In this document: piece after piece, positions 1 to 8,130 of the stretch
Position numbering within the stretch: the first letter of the stretch is position 1
Layout: each line of letters starts with the position of its first letter
Source of the DNA: Picochlorum sp. SENEW3
Taxonomy: Eukaryota
Length of the DNA: 64,000 nucleotides
Assembly: GCA_034226945.1 (NCBI GenBank)
Contig: CP120457.1
Coordinates: 186,001-250,000, forward strand
Direction: 5' to 3'
Made by a program: the position numbers and the translations under genes
Notes under the pieces: generated by a model
Told to the model about the DNA's origin: nothing
The model's database searches: none
What the model saw: the letters and a program-made list of their open reading frames with translations, nothing else

Positions 1-325
1 TAGACTTCATCACAAGCTCTGGCCTCATCACACCCATGGCTGCTATACCCACCCCAGACTTGGCTGTCCCATAGGCAGCTCCAAAGCATGAGAAAATAAT
101 GGCCGATGCCGCTCCCAAATATCCAAAGAATGGAGCAATCTGCACACCATGATCATCCATGCATCAGTCATCATACAACTATACGTTCCCAATCCGCTGC
201 TGCCACATCCCGTGAGACATGGACCAACAGCCACCCCGTCAGCCACACAATCCCCAAACCCCACCCCCTCAACCCATACAAATACCATAGAAACCCACCT
301 GATCTCCGTTCCACTCCGCTGCCAT
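1..325 (-). CDS. VHA-c: V-type H+-ATPase 16-kDa proteolipid subunit c, 5' part (runs off the window start); exons 325-299 and 139-<1
   Basis: Not in the ORF track. The spliced translation [55 protein letters not shown] is the hallmark V-ATPase c N-terminus. Intron GTGGGT...GTGCAG at 298-140. Confidence 0.95.
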
Positions 326-1016
326 GATTTATTACGTCCGTGCGTGATACCAACACAAATCTACTCGATCAATCAAGCGTCACTGGATCGATCAACCAAG
401 CAATGGTTTCTCCCACTATATATCTACTATATAAGAAGAATTGAGAGCCCGGCTATGCGTATAGGATACGTTACAGATACAACGAGGACCAACGTCAGAT
501 GCTCGTTCGACCAACACCAGCGTCCTGTATACTCGTCAATACGATGCAGAGAGTGATGATATGGCTCTATCCAAGCATACAATACTAGTATGTAATACTA
601 TTATAGTACGAATGACCACCCGTGCTGCTTGGGTGCACTCCGGAGACCGACCATGAAGTAAATATACATGGTACCGGTCAAAACTATAGTTTCATGGGAT
701 GACTATTCATGCTACAACGATGCCCTACCACGGAGGCACCGCCCCTGTCAGCAGAGTCACAAGACCGAAGGGGCTTGATCCATCTAGAATCTTTCGCCTG
801 GACTGTGGACATTCCAATTCACGTGGATTGTTAGGGTCTGACTGACGATACCTCTTCTGTATTCTATAGTTGAATAAGAATTCACATGTACTAGAAATTT
901 TGCGTACTCTATAGAGAGAGCACCAAAGGAAGGAGAAGAAAACAGACTATCAATCAGTCAATTGGCAATTGGAATAATTCTTCTGGAAGAGAGCACAGGA
1001 GTTCAGGCTGACGTGA

Positions 1017-3044
1017 ATGAAACGAGAGGTTCGGTTTGCATTACGTCAGATTGTAAGGAATGCATGTTCTCATGCGAAGGGTGTGCCCAATGTGAATGGC
1101 AGTGGAGGAGGCGTGGTCTCGGAACCATGGCATAGGGCTTTTGGCTCTCGAGGAATCTGTCACGGTGGAGGGGGTGGCATGGGGTATCGGTCTGGTGATT
1201 CCCATGCTTATTATGGGCAATATGTGCATATGAATAGGTATCATGATGGGCGGAGCAGCAATGGTGGGGTTGTTGGGGCCATGCGATTGTTGAACGACGG
1301 CATGTTCCCCCGCGGCTGTGGAGGGGAGTGCGTGGGGAGATCGAGGCCGTCGCATGTGTACATGGGATATCGGGAGTACTATGGGACTCCTCATGATATG
1401 CGAGCATTGACGGCGGAGGAGGAGCAGGCGGAGCATATGGACCCAAGTTTTGCCAGGGGGACGCCGAGTGTGTGTGTGGATGCGCATGCGACCATGGTGG
1501 AGGAGATGGATGTTCCGCTGGATTTTGATGATCCAAAGGCTGCGTTTGCGAGTAAGACGACGTGGGAGATTATGCGATCGCTGATTGTGTTTCGAGTGTG
1601 TAAGATTTCATGGTTGGTGCAAAAGGCTGATACAGCGTTGAAGTGGAGCAAGCGGTTGTTTACGCCGTACCTGGTGAACTTTGTGGTGAAGAACTCGTTT
1701 TATCAGCAGTTTGTGGCGGGGGCTGATGCGGAGGGTATTCGGCCTGTGATGGAGCATTTGGAGAGGAATGGGATTCATTCTGTGTTGGACTATGCGGCAG
1801 AGGATGATGTGGATGAGGAGACTGGGGTGGCGCAGAGTCGAGCGTTGGGGGGTATTTCGAGTGCGGAGGATTTGAGGATCAGTACTGTTGTAGCGAGGAC
1901 GTACAGATATGAGGATGAGGAGGCTTGTGATAAGAGGATGAATAATTTCCTGAAGAGTATCAAAGCTGCTGGGTTGGTGGATAGGCAAGGGTTTACGGCC
2001 ATCAAAGTGACGGCGTTGGGAATGCCGATGCTGTTGGAGAGAGTTTCAAATGCTCTTTTGGCTGTTCGAGACTTGTTCAAGCAGTTGGATGAGAATGGTG
2101 ATGGTCACTTGGATGTGGATGAGTTCAAGCGGGTGTGCAAAACCATTTTTAATGCAAGCTCTGATGATTTACACCGACTGTTTGACCGTTTGGATACTGA
2201 CCATGATGGAAAAGTGGACTACTTGGCCTTTACAAAGGGGATTACTGTGTACAGAGGAACTGAAATTGCATCTCGTTGTAAAGAGGAGGGTCCCTTTTCG
2301 AGAGCAGCGTTGGACGAGGAGGAGTTGCGGTTGCTCGATAATATGCTGCGGCGTGTAAATATTCTCGCCGAGGCTGCTGTGGATGCTGGAGTGAGGTTGA
2401 TGGTGGATGCCGAGCATTCATATTTCCAGCCAGCGATTGATTCTGTGGTGACGGAACTTCAGAGAAAGTTTAATAAGAACGAGCCACGCGTGTACAATAC
2501 ATATCAATGTTATTTGAAGGATTCTCACGATAGAATTTTGGTGGATTTGGAGAGGTCTCGTCGTGAGGGATACAAGTTTGGATGCAAATTGGTACGAGGT
2601 GCATACATGGTATTGGAGAGGGAGAGAGCGGCAGAAAAGGGGTATCCCTCGCCCGTGTGGGATACCAAAGAAGAAACTCACGCATGTTATGATGGAGCTG
2701 TGGCGATGCTGTTGCCGTGGGTACAGAATAACGGTGCTGAATTCATGGTTGCCTCTCATAATCAGAGGTCTGTGGAGCTTGCGGTGGCAGGTATGAAGGC
2801 CAGTGGGTTGCCACCGGATGCACCAGTCTACTTTGGACAGCTCTTGGGAATGGCTGATAATTTGACGTATACGTTGGGCGCCCATGGGTATGGTGCATAC
2901 AAGTATGTTCCTTTTGGAAGCGTCGATGAGGTCATGCCATATTTGATTCGAAGAGCTCAGGAGAATAGCGATGTTCTCGGAGGGATTGCAAAGGAGACAA
3001 AAATGTTGCGATCTGAATTGAAAAGACGATTGCTTCCTTTCTGA
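1017..3044 (+). CDS. PRODH: Proline dehydrogenase (mitochondrial) with an EF-hand insertion
   Basis: Motifs LDYAAE, VDAEHSYFQP, YNTYQCYLKD, KLVRGAY, ASHN, GQLLGM, YKYVPFG, PYLIRRAQEN. Two DxxxDG EF-hand loops. Confidence 0.95.
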   Translation: MKREVRFALRQIVRNACSHAKGVPNVNGSGGGVVSEPWHRAFGSRGICHGGGGGMGYRSGDSHAYYGQYVHMNRYHDGRSSNGGVVGAMRLLNDGMFPRGCGGECVGRSRPSHVYMGYREYYGTPHDMRALTAEEEQAEHMDPSFARGTPSVCVDAHATMVEEMDVPLDFDDPKAAFASKTTWEIMRSLIVFRVCKISWLVQKADTALKWSKRLFTPYLVNFVVKNSFYQQFVAGADAEGIRPVMEHLERNGIHSVLDYAAEDDVDEETGVAQSRALGGISSAEDLRISTVVARTYRYEDEEACDKRMNNFLKSIKAAGLVDRQGFTAIKVTALGMPMLLERVSNALLAVRDLFKQLDENGDGHLDVDEFKRVCKTIFNASSDDLHRLFDRLDTDHDGKVDYLAFTKGITVYRGTEIASRCKEEGPFSRAALDEEELRLLDNMLRRVNILAEAAVDAGVRLMVDAEHSYFQPAIDSVVTELQRKFNKNEPRVYNTYQCYLKDSHDRILVDLERSRREGYKFGCKLVRGAYMVLERERAAEKGYPSPVWDTKEETHACYDGAVAMLLPWVQNNGAEFMVASHNQRSVELAVAGMKASGLPPDAPVYFGQLLGMADNLTYTLGAHGYGAYKYVPFGSVDEVMPYLIRRAQENSDVLGGIAKETKMLRSELKRRLLPF

Positions 3045-3187
3045 GGTTGGTGCATTTTGATCAGGATGGGCACTGGTTTCCAAAAGGAAAAATAAAGTGT
3101 ACAATAATTCATGTCTTGTATATCAGAGATATTTATCCCTGTTCTTGTAATTTTTAATTCAAAAGATCTTGTAGACAGTGAAGGAAT

Positions 3188-4123
3188 ATGCACACGACAG
3201 TAACGTCGCCACGGCGATTCTCTGGTGGTGCAAGGAGGGGCATTCAAACAGCGCACGAGGTGTCCCACGTCACGCCTCAGAGTGCACGATGCTTCAAAAT
3301 ATGGTCTACTAAAAGGGATATTGATCTTATAATAACCGATGTGGATGGTACATTGTTGAATAGCGATCAGAAATTGACAGAAAGGACGGTGCAGCATATT
3401 CGTCTAGCTGAGGATGCTGGAGTCCCTCTGATGATTGCTACAGGGAAAGCGTACGGGCCGTGGACGAATGAGATTCTTCCAGCATTAGCATCACCGATGC
3501 CTCAGGTATATTTGCAAGGGCTCTTTATACGTGATGTGGATGGGAATGAAATGTCTAGTCGTGTTTTGGATCGAGACATACTATGCCAGGTTGTGGAACT
3601 TGCCGCTGCATTGTCACTTACACTGGTCTTGTACTCGAGCGACAGAATCATATGTCAAGAAAGGAATCATCAGACGGATCGCTTGATATTCTATGGCGAG
3701 CCAACCCCGGAGGGTGTTGGTCCAGTTGTCCCTTTTCTTGAATCGACAGACGTTCGGATTCACAAATGCATCTTCATGGCTGATGATGATGCTATTGCAG
3801 CTGCGAGACCTGTGGTACAGGGTCAATTTAGAGACGAAGTATCTTTAACATCTGCGATATCGGGGATGTTGGAAGTATTGCCTGCAAATAGTTCTAAAGG
3901 GAGGGGTGTGGAGTTTGTCCTGAACACACTGAATATTGCACCAGAGCGATGCATGGCTCTCGGAGATGGAGAAAATGATGTAGAAATGTTACGCATGGTT
4001 GGTCTCGGGATTGCTGTGGGGAATGCGACCGAGAAGGCAAAAGAGGCAAGTGACATTGTGCTTGATTACACAAATGACCAAGATGCAGTTGCTGAGGCAA
4101 TTTCTCGTTATATTCTCTCTTAA
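3188..4123 (+). CDS. Cof-type HAD-superfamily (subclass IIB) hydrolase, probably organelle-targeted
   Basis: DVDGTLL, ATGK, SKG and GDGENDVEM motifs. Confidence 0.9.
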   Translation: MHTTVTSPRRFSGGARRGIQTAHEVSHVTPQSARCFKIWSTKRDIDLIITDVDGTLLNSDQKLTERTVQHIRLAEDAGVPLMIATGKAYGPWTNEILPALASPMPQVYLQGLFIRDVDGNEMSSRVLDRDILCQVVELAAALSLTLVLYSSDRIICQERNHQTDRLIFYGEPTPEGVGPVVPFLESTDVRIHKCIFMADDDAIAAARPVVQGQFRDEVSLTSAISGMLEVLPANSSKGRGVEFVLNTLNIAPERCMALGDGENDVEMLRMVGLGIAVGNATEKAKEASDIVLDYTNDQDAVAEAISRYILS

Positions 4124-4173
4124 ACATGCTGTAGTACTGTAAAATATGATGGATTGAAAAATGCAGAAAATCT

Positions 4174-6678
4174 TCATGGGTTCTTGGAGCACACGTAAAA
4201 TGTTGGAACATCGACTGCATTGATGCCATTGAATTTGGATGCTCCACACAGTGTGTAGGCACCCATACCTGGGAACATGAGCCAATCCCCAACTTCCATC
4301 TCAGGCAGGCTGTATTCTCGCAAGACTGTATCAAGTCCATCGCAAGTTGGCCCAAACACGGTGGAGCGTCTCAATGGACGCTGCTTGCCATCATCATTCA
4401 ACACCAAGGCACGTGGTGCCAGGGTAGCATGATCATACATGAGACAATTCATCGAGCCATACAATCCATCTGTGATCCAGTAATCAAAATCGATTGGGGA
4501 ATTCTCTTCATACGTGTGTGGTCTTGAACGGCGCCCATACACCAACGTTCCAAGCGTGGCAATAGATTCAGCGAAGAAGCGGCCAGGTTCGGCAATGATT
4601 GAGACACCAGAACTTTCTGGGAAGTGCTCATCCAATGCAGCGTTGAGGGCTGCTGGAACACCTTCAAGATCGACCTTGCCAAAGGAATTGAACTTTCCTC
4701 CGCAGAATCCACCTCCAACGTCCAGAATCCTCATATCAAACCCATATGATGATCCCAAGTCAAATGCCTTCCGTGCCAATTCAATGGCAAACGTGAATGC
4801 ATTTGGATCCGTCGCTCCTGACCCGACATGGAATGACACACCATCGACAGGTATTTTGTGTCTCTGTGCTGCTGCAAAGAGCTCCTCCCATTCCCATTCC
4901 TCAGCTCCAAACTTGTTGCCAAGAGGGCAACGTGCAGATGGATCATCTGCTCGGATGCGAAGCAGCACTCTGGACCCTGGCGCCAACCTGTTCAATTTGA
5001 TAAGCTCTGATTCTGTATCAAATGTACTGTGCATAATTCCACGCTGAGCAGATGCTCTGATATCCGAAGGCCTTTTGCATGGATTGGCAAAGATGATGCG
5101 ATCAGCAGTAACTCCCAAGGACATCACTTGTTCCACCTCTGCCTCAGACGCGCAATCAAACCCTGCACCAAGAGATGCAAGAGCTTCAAGAAGGGCCCGA
5201 TCATTGTTGCATTTGACAGCATAATGTGGGTGAATGCGAGGCATGGCCTCCTGCCATGCATGATACAACCTCCTCACAACTGCCAAGTCCATGATGTAAA
5301 AGTTGTCTTCAATCATATGCTCCTCAATCAACTTGCGAGCGAATCCATCAATTGTTGCTGGCAGACAATTTTCCAACTGCGTTGCACCAACAGATGTCAT
5401 GACATCCTCAAACGTTCTGTTTGCATACATGGCAGTAACACCACAATCAGAGGAATTCTCCGAGGATGTGGCCATAAAATCCGAATCTTGCTGCAACGTA
5501 GAAACAAACGTCTTTGACGATGGAATCTGTTTCAAAACCGCTCTGGGACTTTGTTGCCCATCCGCATGCTTCTTCTTCTTTGCAGTCTCCACTCTGGAAA
5601 GGGTGAAAAAGGCCACTTCTCCACCGCAAGAGTCCTCTTGATAGGATGTGCAGCTGAATGTATATCCAGTTGGACAAATCAAGGATGCTGGGAAGTGTTG
5701 ATGGTTTGCATCAACGGAAAATGCCACGGCTGCATATGTTGGCTCAAACGCCCTGACTGTCTTTGACACATATTCACTCACTGCAGCAGCGCTCACCTTT
5801 TCTCCACACACCTCGAATGATGCATATGAGAACTCCTCTTCTGGGGTAATATGAATGGTTGAAAACTCTGAACCACATGTTCCATTCATCGAATATCCGC
5901 ATGGTTCAAACACATAATCATCAATGGCGTGGCTTGGTACAATGGACGAAATGCCTGATGACATGGTTGTCATCTGGGAAGACACAAAAGATTCTCCCCT
6001 CACAAACTGACTCGCCTTTTCTGGCGCCAGCCCAGTCATGCAAATCTCCAGAGTGTTGGTGCCAGCCACAGCACTGTTCTCTTGAGATGCATCACCGTCT
6101 TTGTCTTGCTTCATTCCAGCCACAAATACATGCCACTGCAGCCCACCCAACGCATCTCCGAGCACATAGGCAGACGTGGCATCCAAATGATTGTACAACC
6201 CAAACATGTCCTTCAACATGGAGCACTCGTTGTCAAACTTTTGATACGTCTCTGGCTGCTTCTCAGGAAACAGAAATGATGCACGTGAGTATTTCACGCG
6301 ACATGGCTCCATTCCAATCCCATCTGCCGTTTCCAACATGAAAGGAATGCATGACAGCAACTTTGTTGTCCCACACGTCTTCAGCACAATCTTATCCGAG
6401 TACACAAACAATGACGATTCAGACAGCACATACGCATCCAAATCGGTATTCGATGTATGAGACACAACCTCACATTCTGCCATGCGAAGCATAGCATCCA
6501 GCGTGGACTGCGTCACATCTCTCCTCAGGCAGGGGTGACGCCGTGCACCCCCACCCTTGGTGTCCTTGCTCTTCTCCTGAAAACTCACTACAATCCTCTT
6601 CTCACTGCCTTCAAACACAGGCATAGGATACACCTCTTCAGCATAGACCTCACCGGTCGATGTCACTCCAATACCCAT
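4174..6678 (-). CDS. SAMDC-ODC: Bifunctional S-adenosylmethionine decarboxylase / ornithine decarboxylase fusion
   Basis: N-half: FEGSEK, YVLSE/SSLFV (pyruvoyl cleavage site), KTCGTT, FEPCGYSMN, TIHITPE. C-half: YAVKCN (PLP Lys), FDCAS, SFHVGSG, DVGGGF, EPGRF, YDH, GPTCDGLD, GAYT. One uninterrupted ORF. Confidence 0.95.
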   Translation of the reverse strand: MGIGVTSTGEVYAEEVYPMPVFEGSEKRIVVSFQEKSKDTKGGGARRHPCLRRDVTQSTLDAMLRMAECEVVSHTSNTDLDAYVLSESSLFVYSDKIVLKTCGTTKLLSCIPFMLETADGIGMEPCRVKYSRASFLFPEKQPETYQKFDNECSMLKDMFGLYNHLDATSAYVLGDALGGLQWHVFVAGMKQDKDGDASQENSAVAGTNTLEICMTGLAPEKASQFVRGESFVSSQMTTMSSGISSIVPSHAIDDYVFEPCGYSMNGTCGSEFSTIHITPEEEFSYASFEVCGEKVSAAAVSEYVSKTVRAFEPTYAAVAFSVDANHQHFPASLICPTGYTFSCTSYQEDSCGGEVAFFTLSRVETAKKKKHADGQQSPRAVLKQIPSSKTFVSTLQQDSDFMATSSENSSDCGVTAMYANRTFEDVMTSVGATQLENCLPATIDGFARKLIEEHMIEDNFYIMDLAVVRRLYHAWQEAMPRIHPHYAVKCNNDRALLEALASLGAGFDCASEAEVEQVMSLGVTADRIIFANPCKRPSDIRASAQRGIMHSTFDTESELIKLNRLAPGSRVLLRIRADDPSARCPLGNKFGAEEWEWEELFAAAQRHKIPVDGVSFHVGSGATDPNAFTFAIELARKAFDLGSSYGFDMRILDVGGGFCGGKFNSFGKVDLEGVPAALNAALDEHFPESSGVSIIAEPGRFFAESIATLGTLVYGRRSRPHTYEENSPIDFDYWITDGLYGSMNCLMYDHATLAPRALVLNDDGKQRPLRRSTVFGPTCDGLDTVLREYSLPEMEVGDWLMFPGMGAYTLCGASKFNGINAVDVPTFYVCSKNP

Positions 6679-6683
6679 GGTCT

Positions 6684-6711
6684 TGTTCTTCTTCTTCTTC
6701 TTCTTCTTCTT
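6684..6711. repeat. (CTT)n/(AAG)n microsatellite in the SAMDC-ODC leader just upstream of the ATG
   Basis: Run of ttcttcttc... seen directly. Confidence 0.85.
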
Positions 6712-6760
6712 GATGTAAAGAGTGTGAGTGTCTCCAAATATGTGACACTTCTACTATGTG

Positions 6761-7106
6761 TTATTTCGGTTTCTTCACGCAATCAGACGTAATCGCGCTG
6801 TAATACTCTGCAACATACATATTCATACCATCACATCCCCTTCTCCACACACACACACACATCATCATCCACTCCAAACGCACCTACTCCCCAGGGCCTC
6901 AAGTCTTCCACAAGTGGCGGCAGCGGTGGCTCTCTAGATACTCGAGGAGCGCTCACACAACACTCCCCCGCGCCTCTATTCAAATAAAAATCGCTATACT
7001 GACTACTACTAACAGCCCCTCCTTCTATTCTATCAATCTCAGAGGCGGGTAATCGACAACGCGAACGAGTCGACGACGGCGAATCTTCTTCTGACGATGC
7101 AAGCAT
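6761..7106 (-). promoter_or_regulatory. Conserved-peptide uORF of AdoMetDC mRNA, intron-split (exons 7106-6884 and 6807-6761)
   Basis: Removing the intron GTGCGT...TTGCAG (6883-6808) gives the C-terminus ...PLPPLVEDLRPWGVEYYSAITSDCVKKPK*. This resembles the plant AdoMetDC small uORF end (roughly APLGYSIEDVRPNGGIKKFxSxxYSNCxKxPS*). Confidence 0.85.
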
Positions 7107-7451
7107 GCTCTGATACCACCATAAATTTCTTCATATGTATTCGTATATCTAAACCTGTCACTTCAAGATGAATTGATGGGTAGATGGATAGTCAACGCCT
7201 CACACACGGACTCTTGGTTGCTCAGTGATCGAGATGATCGACAACAACAACACCTGCTGTGAATCACAAATCCTCTCACACACAGCAATTTGTAAAGTTA
7301 TTACAATATAAATACAGGCGGATCATGCCATGAGCAATATTCATCAGCCAACCACATCATGCTGCATGCAGCATGATGTGGGATTGTCGCAGACGCCGCG
7401 GCTCTCGACAAGCTCCCTCCTCTTCAAAGAGGAATGGCGCTCCATCTACTA

Positions 7452-7721
7452 CTATTCAGTATGCCTTGTCACACATGCATCTAATGCTCGACTCTCTTCA
7501 TGACACAGCATAGGAGAAGAAGAAGAAGAAGAAGACGATTCTTGGCACTGGTGCAGAGCATCCACCTCCTCTGGGCACATGGTCTTGAGTCGGCACCACA
7601 CAAGCCTTGTGGCAAGATGCTTGCAAGGTCCGTGCATTCCATCACCCGTATTAGGTGGTAGTATCTTTTCCATTCTCTTCATACAAGATATGTATGCTGC
7701 TTCGACTCGATCACAGCTCAT
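7452..7721 (-). CDS. Small quadruple CX9C (double CHCH) protein, putative mitochondrial intermembrane-space MIA40 substrate
   Basis: Cys pairs C3/C13, C33/C43, C49/C59 and C73/C83 are each exactly CX9C. Confidence 0.8.
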   Translation of the reverse strand: MSCDRVEAAYISCMKRMEKILPPNTGDGMHGPCKHLATRLVWCRLKTMCPEEVDALHQCQESSSSSSSSPMLCHEESRALDACVTRHTE

Positions 7722-8130
7722 GGCAGAAGTACAGTCTCTTTCTCACACTTTTCATATTCCATCTCATTTCAACAGCAAGAAGAAGAAGAGCAGTGTGTGT
7801 TGCATACCAAGAAGACGGCAGAGAGACAGTGCTCTTGTATAAATATATGACAGATGATGATAAATAAATAATTAATGTCTGTTGACTAGAAGAAGAAGCA
7901 TTATAACTATGCTTGTGAAGAAGAATACCAATCCTTCTTCTTCTTGTTGCAAGGAAAAAAACAAGGAAAGCAGATCTATATATGCAAGGGTATCCTATCA
8001 ACGGTATCCTTGGATGGTACCTGAATGCCAAGATTGATGATGCATGGTACTGTGTCGGGATTCGCCCGATACGTACCTATGTGGTATCTATTCCAATAGA
8101 AGTAGACGTCATAATTTAATACTAATTAAA

